From Camelus dromedarius (Eukaryota), in contig NC_087441.1 of the NCBI RefSeq assembly GCF_036321535.1, forward strand, positions 15,066,001-15,130,000: a DNA stretch of 64,000 bases. Reading direction: 5' to 3'. The notes beneath the pieces were generated by a model that had not been told where the DNA came from, ran no database searches, and worked only from the letters and a program-made list of their open reading frames with translations. Positions 12,760 to 24,479 of this stretch are shown piece after piece; position 1 is the stretch's first letter, and the number at the start of each line of letters is the position of its first letter. The position numbers and the translations under genes are program-made.

Positions 12760-13200
12760 TGTTACCAGACCAAACTTGGATCTGGTCACCTGGTGCTCAG
12801 CAAAGCCAATCTGCTGGACTCTGAACTAAGAACTAGGACTCCATTTTATGGCTGAACTCTTGTTTAAGCTGTCATTACTTTTCTCGCCTGACTGCTATTC
12901 CTTTGTTTCTGCATTCCTTCACTTTCCTAATTAGTAACTGCTAAAGTCTGCTCTTTGGAACTCAGGGGAGGCTTAGGAGACTAAAGCCTTTTTCTACAAA
13001 CAAGAAACAGGGAACACAGAGGGGCTTTTGTGACTATGAGAGCCACACATGGTCCTGCTTGGTTTTCATCTCCTCTTTTCTTGGATGCTCCCCAGTCCTG
13101 AGAGGAAGAGGCGTAGGACAAGAAAGGGAATACAGTTTTGGATGAAGAGGGTCATCACAAACTCAGCAGGGGAGCTCGGTTTTAAGGACACTCAGTTTCA
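12760..13200 (-). mobile_element. ERV1-type LTR remnant with polypurine tract
   Basis: Minus strand reads TGAAAACCAAGCAGGACC...AAGTTTGGTCTGGTAACA (13068-12760, TG...CA termini). It is preceded directly by the purine tract AAGAAAAGAGGAGA (13082-13069) and ~120 bp more ERV-like sequence to 13200. Confidence 0.75.
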
Positions 13201-15214
13201 CCATCACTGACTTTCAATAGAATCAAGCAAAACCCAGCCCAGCAGCAGCTCCTGTCATTTCTCCAGGGATCTTTTTTCCCTCATCTCTGCAGCTTATCGT
13301 GACAGAAAGTACGGGCCATGTTACCTAGTTGGCGCTTGAACCTAGAAGACAATGGTGGTGATACACCAGGTTCGACTTAGTAGTTAAAACATGAGCGTTT
13401 GACCATTTAATTCCCTGAATTCTCTTGGATTCAGCCGTGCCAAATGGGAGAGATAAAAGAAGGAAGAAACAAATGGTGGGTCCTAATGTTCAGACATTCT
13501 CTGTGAACCTGTTCTTTTTTCTTCTTTCATAATTTTCTTGGTCCTTTTATGAGTTCTTGTTTATGTCTTTTTTTTTTTTCTTCTCATTTTCAGGGTTTTG
13601 CCAGAGTCATGGCAAGTCTTCTCTTCCCAATTCATCTTCTTTTTCTGTAGTTTTATTTAAACCATATCTTAAGGATGAAAAAATATTCTTTTTCCTGAAA
13701 AGCTCTATTGTTACCATTCTGGACTTCGTGTAAGAAGGTGAACTTGAAATTAAATCCCCACTTGTAGCAAGGATAGCTAGCTGGCCACTTTAAAAGACAA
13801 AAAGAAAAAAATTAAGCCCACCCACAACTGCTTTATTAACCTCTCTCCTTGAGGGGAAATAGTTGAAAGGCAAAACAATGAATATAACTGTTCCACTTTG
13901 TCCCCCTAAGAAATACCATCAGCTTCCTGGACGCGGCAGTTTACTTCGATGAAGGCAGAGAGAGAGACTCCCGCTCTGAGTGCTGTGCCCAAGGGTAGTT
14001 GCTAAGCCCCTTGTCTGTCTTCTACACTGTCTCTCTCCAGACCCTTCATTCTTCAGAAACATTTCCTCTTTCATGTGTGGAATGACTTCTCAGTCACTCC
14101 TGCAAACTCATTCTGCAAACCAATTTCAAGTCCTTCTCTGATGTGCAATCATTTCCCCTTGGGCAGGCTTTCTCTGGTTCCTCAGACAATTTATTCTTCC
14201 TTGAGCTGGGGAGGACAGAGGGGAGTGAAAGAGGAGGCTGGAGCATGGTTTCCCTGGGGCTGAATGTTTTTTAATTAAAAAGGGGAACACCATGTTTGAA
14301 AAGTCGGGACAATTCCTTGGAGGAGGCTCCAGACATTCTCCCTCTGGCTGATGACAGGCCCTTTGGCTGGTGTGTGGGCTGGAGCAAGGCCAGGAAAGCT
14401 CTGCAAAGGCTCTGTTCCCCTTCCCAGCCTGGGTTGGGTGTAGCACCCAGTACCCCCAGCTTGAGGCTAAGACCCCGGTCCCCTCTCTAACACCCTCTTC
14501 TCTTTACACAGGTGCTTCTACCTCTATCATTAACTGGCCCAGGCAGCAACAGGAGGTGCTCTTAGAAAAGCTCTTCCGAGCATCATCAGGGGATGCACAA
14601 GGACTGAGGAAGTGGTGGGCGGTTCAGCAGAGCTGTGTGTGACCAACTGGTCACACCTTTGTTGTTGTCATTGGGATTTACCGATGGGGCAGTTCTGCTA
14701 TGATGAATGTTATGCCTGAGGTGTAATTGGGTTTGAGATGTTTTAAAAGAAAACCAGCTCTGTGTCGGGTCAGGAAGAGCACAAAGGTTTCATTTCAATT
14801 GCCAGTTTGGGTCCTGGCTGCCTAGAGCCCTGTGTTGACAAAGATTGTGAAGATTTTTTCTGGCTCAGAGAGATGGGGGTGGCTGGGGTGGGCGTAGGAG
14901 TAAGAGTTCTGGCCCTTGGACTCATATTCCTTCTATCCAGAAGAGGAAGAGATGGCAAGGTCAAGGACACAGCCTTCTCTCCCCATTCCCAGGACTGAGC
15001 TGATCTAAGCCTCTTCCTCCTTCCTCTCCCCTGGGCTCCTTTGGTGCCTCCCAGTCATGACTGTGCAGTCTCACCCCACAAGCTGGTGGAAGAGACAAGT
15101 CATGCGAGAGCCAAGGGAGAGGTGACTCAAGAAAGAGAAACGAGAGACTTGACCGGCACACTCCCAGGGAGTCCAGTGGTCACGCCCAGCCGTACCAGCT
15201 GGGAGAATAAGGAT

Positions 15215-15350
15215 TCCTAAGCTCTTGATGTAACCATTTTTTCACACAGTTTCCTGGAGTGGGGACAATGAAGCGCTGTCATGAGGATGAAATGAGAAAA
15301 CGTGTGAAAAGTGCTTGGAATATTTTCCTGGCACGTATTAAGTTCTCCGT
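15215..15350 (+). mobile_element. MIR fragment
   Basis: gaggatgaaatgagaaaacgtgtgaaaagtgcttgg...cctggcacgtattaag. Confidence 0.5.
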
Positions 15351-16439
15351 AAATTTCAACCTTTGTTACTAAATGATATATATCCTCTTTATTTTCCTAG
15401 TATATGTTCTACTCCTGTAGTGGCCCAACACCTGTATCCCTCATGACTCCATTTTGAGCTTATCCATGTCACAGTGTGGCCCCTTTGAGACTCTCTGAGC
15501 TTCCCCTGAAGACAGAGCATGTGGCTTTGGGGGAAATAGAGGCATCCCAGGATCAGAGAATGATAAGTGTAGAAGGAATCTTGACCATCTTCTCGCTCTT
15601 ACATTAAGAACTGATAGCATCAAGCCAGACATGGGTGGGCAGGAGAGGACGCTCAGTGTTCTCAGCAGCTGTGTGGGTTGACAGAAGCTTTGATAAAACC
15701 ATGAAGCTGATGAGCGACACTGAGGTCTCCCTGCTTCTCTTGCATCCTCTCTGACTTTATCAGCTCCCTTTCTTTCTGACACCCAAGAGCCCACCTCAGG
15801 TTGAGGTCCAGGGTGAACCCAAGCCTTTTTCTCCTGGGTTCATTAAACTTTCATTCCCTGGGGCAAACAATGTGGTTGGGCTTTAAGAAGTTATCTGATT
15901 CCTGTGATTCACACCAGTAGGAATGGTTGGTTCTTACCAGTGGGCCTTATCTAGCCTTTAAAAGAGAAGGCCATGACCACAATGATGGGAGTGCTTGCTA
16001 CACTATTTAGTCCAGAGGGCTTTTCATTCTCCATCACTACTTAGGAAAACGAAGAGTTGGTGAAAAGTTATGCTCTTTTAGGAATGTTGGCTGCTGATCC
16101 CTGATTCACAGAGAGCCTTCTCCTCCTCAGTCCATGCTGAGGATTTTTTTAAAAAGATGTTCCGAGAAGTGAGCTTTCCCTGATCGTTCAATAGTTCTCA
16201 CCATCAGGATGTTTTCTCTGGTATCTAAGCTAACTCCTGTCTGTGCTGTTTGATCCATTTTATTTCTTCCTGTCCTGCCCTCAGTGGAAACAGAAAACAG
16301 CTGGTGACTGTTCCTCGCACAAAACAAAGGATTCTGGCTTCTATGGATATTGGATGACAAGGTAACTCCTGAGAGCAGCCAGCCCCAACACGGATGGTTG
16401 GACTAGGGTCTCGCATTTCAGAAAAACCAGGGGCACCAT

Positions 16440-16870
16440 CGTACACCAGTTTTATGTCACTGCCATGCGTGTGACAAATCCTGTGTTTGGCTTGGGCCGG
16501 CTTCAGAAGCTTCTCCTCGCACCACGTTCCAACTGAGAGCCCGCCACAAAAGGCCGCCTTTGAGCCCTGCTCACGTTCTCCACAGCTTTCAGATTTCCTG
16601 CGCGTAGCCAACAAAGTAGCCGACGTGGAGAACATGGATAGTGTCACCGATGTCGAAATGTAGAATTTAGCCATTTATTAAAAAGGGGAGTACGCAGAGT
16701 GTTGACATGCAGAACTGCAGGGCCCAGCTCCGAGTGGTCTCATTTATATTATTTCCTTTGGCAGCGGGGTGAAAAAAGGGAGACGGGTTTAACTGCCGCC
16801 TGGACCCAGAACTCTCCCTTTAAAGGGGCCCGAGTACAAGACTGCGCCCAAACATTCTTGCCAACGCAAC
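16440..16870. promoter_or_regulatory. CpG-retaining, non-repetitive segment (small CpG-island-like; candidate enhancer/promoter)
   Basis: Hand count for 16441-16860: ~51% GC, 20 CpG, obs/exp about 0.7, against strongly CpG-depleted surroundings. Confidence 0.45.
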
Positions 16871-17019
16871 AAAAACAGATTGCTTTCTGTCTCAATTCAC
16901 TCTCCCAAAGTAGGAATCCATTTTCAGGGTTTTCACATTGCAGGTTTATTTCTGCTGTGCTGTCAACTGCTTTTCAAGTGGGACTGATGCACTGGTGTGA
17001 ACTGCCAGAGAGTAACTCG

Positions 17020-17250
17020 TAATGATACCAACTCACGTTTAATGAGCATGTGCACCACGTATTTGATGCATATTGGCTCTTCATCTTCTCAGCAAGCTAT
17101 GAGGTAGGCATTGCTGTAATCCACGTAATATAAATAAAGAAACTGAGGCCCGGAAAGATTAGGAACTTGCCCAAGGCCATTCACTTTGCAAGAGGCAGAG
17201 GCTGGACATGCATCCACGCAGTTTGTTTCCAGAGCACAGACCCTCAGCTC
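17020..17250 (-). mobile_element. MIR SINE
   Basis: ctatgaggtaggcatt...gaaactgaggccc...acttgcccaaggcca...ggcagagg. Confidence 0.7.
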
Positions 17251-19328
17251 CAGCACGACACGCCCTCCATGTCCAAAGCCATGAGTTGAGTACGGCCATC
17301 TCTCTGAAAGTTCAGGTTGCTTGATGGTGAGTATTTCCACACATCATTTTTCACAATGATAAAACAGATGTGTTATGGAGTTTTATGCAAACATGCAACC
17401 TTACAGAATATTTTAGTGTGTAGTGGATTGCCTCAGGCTGCACCCTGGGCTCCCCTGGGGCTGTGGGCTTCCTCTCCTCCAGATCTGGGGCATGCAAGTG
17501 AAACATTTAAGAGGTACTGTGGTGTACCTTATCTATTCCTGGTTGCAGGTGTCCTGCACTGAAGCCAGAGGTCAGATGGTAGGTGCTGATAACAGAATCT
17601 CTCCCATTTTCCTTGGACCTTGGCTCTACCTCCTTTCCTCTTGGTAATGTCAAAGATATGGAGGGGGAAGAGTTAGGCCATGCCAGTAGCTTTGTAGGGT
17701 CAGGCAGGAGCATCTCCACAGACATTGGGACCAACATCACAGAAGTAGGGGCCATGGACTGTCACTGACCAGTCATTCCCTATGCCTTTCCCAGAGTTGT
17801 GTCCCCCTGATGCTCCACCCCTGGGTGGGCTGTGCTTCCTCCCCAGCACTCTGGGCAGAAAGAAGGGGCGATTCTGCCTATGTGCTCATCTCCAGCCCAT
17901 CTGTCTGCTGATAATACCATGAAACTTGGCAGAAGTCAAAAGATGAGCTCCTTCCATCATTTAAAGAAACAAAGATAGATCTCATGTTTCACTGAAGGAA
18001 AGTCTTTTGAAATCATGCCATCCTCCCTTTCTTTCTGGGAATCAGGGGCAGGGGACTCACAAAAGCAGAACCCTTGTCAGCTTCTCCTTCATTGTATGTT
18101 TACAAAGAGAAGCCAGCACACAGCTGGGAGGATTCTTCTGGATTGACTTTGAGTATCACCGAGAGCTACACTCCATCTTTCTTTGAAGGGTCAGCTGCTG
18201 GTGACCAGCAAGTTTACATCAGCAAAACAAGTTCACTCTGCTGACTTTCATATTGGGCTATTACAAACTAAACTCTAAGAAAGATTGTGCTGATAAAATG
18301 CGCCAAGGTCATAAATAGCATGCCAAACCAGTCTATATTGAGAATTTTTTCCCTGTACTGTTTGTATGACTTTTTTTCTCTCTCTCGTGTTTTTTTTTAT
18401 TAGAATTTTTATTTTGAAATATCTGCTGATTCACATGCAGTTGGAAAAAATAATGCAGAGAAATCTAGGGTACCCTTCACTCAATTTCCCCAGTGGTAAT
18501 GTCCTACAGAACTGCAGTAACAGGATCACAACCAGGACAGTGACTCTGGGTACTGAACAGTTTCATCATCACAAGAATGCTTCGTGTTGATGTTTCACAG
18601 CCAATCTCGCTTCCCTCCCTCTTGACCCACTGTAAACCATTAATCTGCTCTCCATTCTATAATATTGTCATTTTAATAATGTTGCACATATGGAATCAAA
18701 AGTAGGATTGGCTTTTTTTCACTCAGCATAATTCTCTAGAGATTCATCTGGGTTGCTGTGTGTATCAACGGTTCATTCCTTTTTATTGCTGACTAGTCCA
18801 CGGTAAGAATGTACCACAGTTTATTCCATCACCCACTCACTGAAGGACATCTAGGTTGTTTCCAGTTTTGGGCTATTATGAATAAAGCTGCTATAAAAAT
18901 TTGTGGCCAGGTTTCTGTGTGAATGTAAGTTTCATTTCTCTGGGACAGATGCCCAGGAGTGCATTTGCTGATTGCTGAGTCATATGGTAGCGGTAGGTTT
19001 TGTTTTGTCTTTTTTTAAAGAAACTGCCAAACTGTTTTTCAAAGTGGCTGTACCATTTTACGTTCCCATGAGCAATGTGTGAGTGATACAGGTTCTCCGC
19101 ATCCTTGCTACCCTGATAGATGTGTAGTGGATATCTCATTGTGGTTTTGATTTCCCCAGTGGCTAAATATGTGGAATATTTTCTCGTGTGCTCATTTGTC
19201 ATCTGTATATCTCTTCACGAAATATCTTCTCATGTCTTTTGCTCATTTTCTAATAAAAAGTTACTGTTGAATTTTGAGAATTTTTAATACATCCTAGATA
19301 CTAACCCTTTGTTGGAGATGCGGTTTTC

Positions 19329-19492
19329 NNNNNNNNNNNNNNNNNNNNNNNNNNNNNNNNNNNNNNNNNNNNNNNNNNNNNNNNNNNNNNNNNNNNNNNN
19401 NNNNNNNNNNNNNNNNNNNNNNNNNNNNNNNNNNNNNNNNNNNNNNNNNNNNNNNNNNNNNNNNNNNNNNNNNNNNNNNNNNNNNNNNNNNN
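19329..19492. other. Assembly gap (164 N)
   Basis: N run. Confidence 1.
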
Positions 19493-19852
19493 CAATTTGA
19501 GTTATTTTTTGTAGAAGGTGTGAGATTGAGGTCTAGGTTGGGTTTTTGGGGTTTTTTTTTGTTTGTTTGTTTTTTTAGCCTATGGATGTCCAATTCCCTG
19601 TTGGTTGAAGATGGCTACCTTTACTCCACTGAATCGTTCTTGCATCATTGTTGAAAGTCAGTTGGGCATATTTCTGTGAGTCTATTTCTGGGTTCTTTAT
19701 TCTGTTCCATTGATCTTTGTCTCTCCTTCTGCCAATACCACCCAGTTTTGATTGCTTATTACTTATTACAGAAAAATAACATGACTTATTACATAATAAG
19801 TCTTGAAATCATATAGACAGATTCTTCCCACTTTATTATTAAAAATTTTTTA

Positions 19853-20013
19853 NNNNNNNNNNNNNNNNNNNNNNNNNNNNNNNNNNNNNNNNNNNNNNNN
19901 NNNNNNNNNNNNNNNNNNNNNNNNNNNNNNNNNNNNNNNNNNNNNNNNNNNNNNNNNNNNNNNNNNNNNNNNNNNNNNNNNNNNNNNNNNNNNNNNNNNN
20001 NNNNNNNNNNNNN
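19853..20013. other. Assembly gap (161 N)
   Basis: N run. Confidence 1.
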
Positions 20014-20399
20014 AGATGTCTTCTTATCAGCATTGTGTAGTTTTCAGCATACAGCTCCTGTGTGTGGTTTGCTAGATTTATACCCAAGTATTTCATTTTA
20101 AAGCATTTATAAATGCCATTCAACTTTTAATTTCAATGTCAGTTGGTTTTTTATGTTAATTTTGTATCCTTTGACATTACTGAACTCATTAACTCTAGGG
20201 ATTTGGGGGTAGAGTCTTGGGATTTCCTATGTAGACAATCATTCAGATAAGGATAGTTTTACTTCTCCCTCTCTGATGGGTGTCCTTTATTTCCTTCTCT
20301 TGCCTATTGCACTAGCTAGAACTCACAGCACTATGTTGAATTAGATTAGTGGGTGTGGACATCCTTGCCTTGTTCCCAATCTTAGGTAGAAAACATTCA

Positions 20400-20700
20400 G
20401 TGCTTGTATATGGTCTCAATACACTAATTAAAAGACAAAAGAGATTGGCAGAGTAAACTAAAAAACGTGATCCAACTCTATGCTCTCTCCAAGGAACCCA
20501 TTTCAGATATACTGACACAGGCAAGTTGGAAGCAAAAAGATGGAAAAAGATATATCATGCAAACATCAATTGAAGGAAAGTAGGAGTGGCTATATTAATA
20601 TCAGATGAAGTAGACTTCAAAGCAAAGAAAATTACCAAAGAAAGATAAGGAGATTATATAATGGATAACAGGTCAATCCATCCAGAATACATAGTAACCT
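20400..20700 (+). mobile_element. L1 ORF2 endonuclease N-terminal fragment, inverted relative to flanking L1
   Basis: Translates with frameshifts to YGLNTLIKRQ, DPTLCSLQGTHF, RWKKIYHAN and VGVAILISDEVDFK, hallmark L1 APE-endonuclease motifs. Confidence 0.85.
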
Positions 20701-20910
20701 ACTGTTTAGTTTTCAAGTGTTTGGAGATGTTCTTGTTATCGTCCTGTTACTGATTTCTAATTTGATTCCATGGTCAGAGAATTCACTGTGTGTAATTCCA
20801 ATTTAAAAGAATTTGTTGAAGGCTTTTTTTTAAAATTGCTCAGATATGGTCTAACTTGACACTTGTTCTGTGGGTACTTGTAGAAAATGTGCGTTCGGCT
20901 GCTGTTGGGT
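20701..20910 (-). mobile_element. L1 ORF2 fragment (end of endonuclease domain)
   Basis: ttcaagtgtttggagatgttcttgttatcgtcctgttactgatttctaatttgattcca...agaaaatgtgcgttc corresponds to antisense AEYTFF/LEISN region. Confidence 0.7.
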
Positions 20911-21207
20911 GGTGCTACTCTCCAGTGAGGTGAAGTCCCGGCTCCCTACTCAGCTTTCTCGGATATCACCCCCATGCAGGGCAGAGCAGGGCATGGGGCC
21001 AGGGGATCTCTTTGAAGCCTGTGAAGATGAAAGTTTAGGCTCCCTACTTGGCCTTTTCTGGCAGGGTGAGGCCACAGCTTTTTTCTGTGTTGTTTGACTG
21101 ACATAGAACATTTATTATCTAAAATAACCTGTCTTCTCACATGGCCCTGTCCCTCTCCCTTTGGCTGGAGAAGAGAGGGCCTGCAGAGAACACAGAGAGA
21201 ATATAGA

Positions 21208-21390
21208 GAGGGCATGGGGGGGGCATGGAGGGCATGGAGGGACCTGGAGGGCATGGAGGGTCATGTAGGGGTATGGGGGGGGCATGGAGGGGCATGGAGG
21301 GCCTGGAGGGGCATGGAGGGCCTGGAGGGGCATGGAGGGGCATGGAGGGCCTGGAGGGCATAGAGGGTCATGAAAAGGCATGGAGAGGGC
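21208..21390. repeat. G-rich minisatellite, 9-10 bp unit AG(3-4)CA/CTGG, ~18 copies
   Basis: Units agggcatgg, aggggcatgg and agggcctgg read directly. Confidence 0.95.
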
Positions 21391-22092
21391 TGGCTTCACT
21401 TGGGGTTTTCTTTCACCCGTGCCCATTGGTGTTTCCCAGTTGCCTTCTTCTTCAGCTCCGAGTCTGCATTACAGGAAGCTTAAAAAGGAAACCCAGAAGC
21501 TCACCACTGTGTTATTCTTTGGGTCCCCAGGTCTCTAGCTGTCTGCCCTCCTCTCTCCACCTTTTATGGTTTTATACATAACATCCATGGTTTCTAGTTT
21601 TATTTAGCAGAAAGAAAAAGAGAAAATTACATCTACCCCACCTTCCTGGAAGTGGACATCAATTTCCCTTGGCTTTAACAATGTTCACATTAAAAAACAC
21701 AGTTCTTTGATGCTCTGGACTGTATCTGCTGGACCTCCCACTTCTCTCTCACTTAAAAAAATAAGGCTCCAAATCAGACTACAGTTACTTCCCGGGGGAG
21801 AAGCTTGAAGCTCAGGACACTGAGACACTGCGTGGGTTGCTGTGAGTTTGTTAAACTCCGTCCCTCTATATATTTGCTCTTGTCCTTCTTTCAGAAAATG
21901 GAGCCTGGGTTTCCCATGTTTGTCCAGCATGGTTTGTTCTTGGCATATGTCCTGGGTCCAGCATGCCAAACGTCTTCGGAATTAAGATCTGGATACAGAT
22001 CAAGGATAAAGTTAAGGCTTCTTAGGTGAAACAGCCACGGCCGGCAGGAGGCAAGAGCAGGAGAATGAGTCGTCTCCGCCAGGGGATGAACC

Positions 22093-22397
22093 TGTTAATA
22101 CATGTTTGCTCAGGCGGCCGTAATATTTTCTTACGGTTCTGGAGATTAGAAGTCTGAGATCAAGGTGCTGGCAGGGTTGAATTCTTCTGAGGACTCCCTC
22201 CTTGGCTTGTAGAGGGCCGTCTTCTCCTTGTGTTTTCATGTGGTCTCTCCTGTGTGTCTGTGTCCTAATCGCAGGGCCCATCCCAGTAACCTCATGTAAC
22301 TGTAATTACCTCTTTAAAGACTGTCTCCCAATATAATCACATTGGGGAATTAGGGCTACAACGTATGAATTTTGGAGAAAGAGTTCAGCCCATAACA
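22093..22397 (-). mobile_element. MaLR LTR, MLT1B/C-like
   Basis: ttctggagattagaagtctgagatcaaggtgctggcagggttg...taattacctctttaaagactgtctccaaata...ttcagcccataaca. Confidence 0.8.
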
Positions 22398-22618
22398 AGC
22401 CCTGGATAGGAAAATGTGAAAGTGGAGAGCAGAAAGGGTGGAGTGAGCCCCAGGTGAGACTTTAGCATTGGCCAGGTCAGCACAGGCAGCATCGGCTGAT
22501 TCCACTCGGTGGTTTTTCCTGCTGATCCTGATGTGAGGCCCAATCCTGGCTCCTCTCCCCGATGGGCCTGGCCTAGTCCAATTCCTTCCTTTCTCTTTCC
22601 TTCTTTCGTTCGTTTTCT

Positions 22619-22872
22619 NNNNNNNNNNNNNNNNNNNNNNNNNNNNNNNNNNNNNNNNNNNNNNNNNNNNNNNNNNNNNNNNNNNNNNNNNNNNNNNNNN
22701 NNNNNNNNNNNNNNNNNNNNNNNNNNNNNNNNNNNNNNNNNNNNNNNNNNNNNNNNNNNNNNNNNNNNNNNNNNNNNNNNNNNNNNNNNNNNNNNNNNNN
22801 NNNNNNNNNNNNNNNNNNNNNNNNNNNNNNNNNNNNNNNNNNNNNNNNNNNNNNNNNNNNNNNNNNNNNNNN
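22619..22872. other. Assembly gap (254 N)
   Basis: N run. Confidence 1.
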
Positions 22873-23039
22873 ACAAGGGAAAGTTATGTCACTGAGGGAA
22901 TTTCCCTAGGTACTAAACACTTTTTTTTTTTAATTTTAAGAGTTTTTTTGTTTGTTTGTTTTTAAGCAAAAAAAATGACTGGAATTGAGCAGTGCCAAAC
23001 TAGAGGTAGTTAGAAGCCACTGAATCTAAATAAATCTAT

Positions 23040-23400
23040 TTTCTGTTTTTTAATTGAGCATATATATATATATCTCAAGATCTGGAACAGCATCTATGTG
23101 AGATCACACAGCGCATGCTTTTTTGTGTCTGGCTTCTGTTGCTCAACATCATGTCAGGCAGCATCACCTATGTTGTTGCCAGTAGTTTGCAGACTTCCTT
23201 GCTGAGTCATATCCCATTATGTGGCTATAGCACAATTTACTTCTCCGTTCTCTTCTTGATGGACACATAGGTTGTTTCCAATTTGGAGTTATTATGAATA
23301 AAGCTGCTTATAACATTCTTGCACATGACTTTTGGCAGATCAATCCACGAATTGCTCTTGGGTATCTAAACCTAAGAGTAGGATTACTGGGTCATATCAA
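23040..23400 (-). mobile_element. Old L1M (MD/ME-like) 3' fragment
   Basis: tgtgtctggcttctgttgctcaacatcatg...gatggacacataggttgtttccaatttggagttattatgaataaagctgct. Confidence 0.75.
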
Positions 23401-24479
23401 AACCACTTATTAAATTAAATTTTATAAATTGATACAAGCAAGTTTAGGTCACTTCTTTCTTTTGTTAGGTTATTTTCAGTAGTGGTTCCATGGACTTCAG
23501 TTAGGGGCATTGCATATCTTTGTAATATTGAGTTATATCATAATTTTAATTAAAGGTAAAATAAGTCATTAAAATATGCCCACTTAAAACATTAGACCTG
23601 AGATATGGCAAGGTGAGGATCACCCAAAATAAAATAAAAGATCTATCTTGAGGTCTTTTGTTGGGATGTCATATTTCAAAATAAAGCCTTCTTTCAAAGA
23701 TTTCATGGAAGATGTTTTGTACAAAATGCCCCGTGGTGATGTGAATCAGAGACAAACTCTCTTCCTTCAGATGCTTTCTCTAGTGCACCGTTGACATTCT
23801 GGCTGTCCAGGAGAAACGGAATTAATAATTTGTCATCAAAGTGACCCTTCTTCACCATCAGGAGTCCAGTATTGCTGGGGGATTAGACTGAGGTGGGATT
23901 TAGGCTCAGCCAAGGGAGGGTTTAACAAGTCGCTCCAGACCCTAAATAATAGTGTTGTTTCCTGAGCTGCCCAAGGGAGAAATACCCACATCATTAGTCA
24001 CTGGACTGGCTCCTCTGGCTTTTCATCAGATTGTTCTATTGACTTGGGGAGAGAGAACTGCCAGTGACAGTGCTGATGAGCACGAGATAACCGTGGCAAA
24101 CACCTGGAGCTGCTGTGATTCCCGCCAGGAGCAAAGCAACTCAGCATTTAACCTTATCTGCCTGCTCTTCGTGCAGACCAAGGTATGAGTTCCATCAGTT
24201 CTTATCGAATACCTAAACCAGCTCAGGGACCCCCTCATTTCTGCCGTATGGATCTAACCCTCTGGGGGAATCACTGCTGTTGTGTAACCCCCAGGGACCC
24301 TTGTCTGGGCCACTAACAGGCTCCAGGGGCATTCATTTCAGTAGCACAGCCCCCTGTGTCCTGGCCTTATCTCAGGTCCCTATGATATGGTGTCCTTACT
24401 GTCTTTTCCTCTCCATCCCCACCCACACATGATGGGAGTATCTAAGGAATTTAGGACAATTTGGAACATACAAGGCTCA

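Larger units (their letters stand above)
18389..20400 (-). mobile_element. LINE-1 (L1MC-like), 3' end plus ORF2 remnant, spanning two N gaps
   Basis: T-rich tail at ~18389; acatgcagttggaaaaaataatgcagagaaatc (L1MC 3' end); aaggacatctaggttgtttccagttttggg; ORF2 remnant ggacatccttgccttgttcccaatcttagg (TRQGCPL region). Confidence 0.85.

Noticed and set aside
13330-13345. tggcgcttgaac resembling a tRNA-Lys primer-binding site near the ERV remnant
   Set aside because: Wrong strand and position relative to the minus-strand LTR, with only a partial match.
17507-17770. Possible pseudogene fragment (minus-strand LFPLHIFDITKRKG and similar)
   Set aside because: No parent protein recognised; stops in alternative frames; no poly(A) tail or TSD.
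21094-21581. Gly/Met/Pro-rich repetitive ORFs on both strands
   Set aside because: Direct translations of the G-rich minisatellite.
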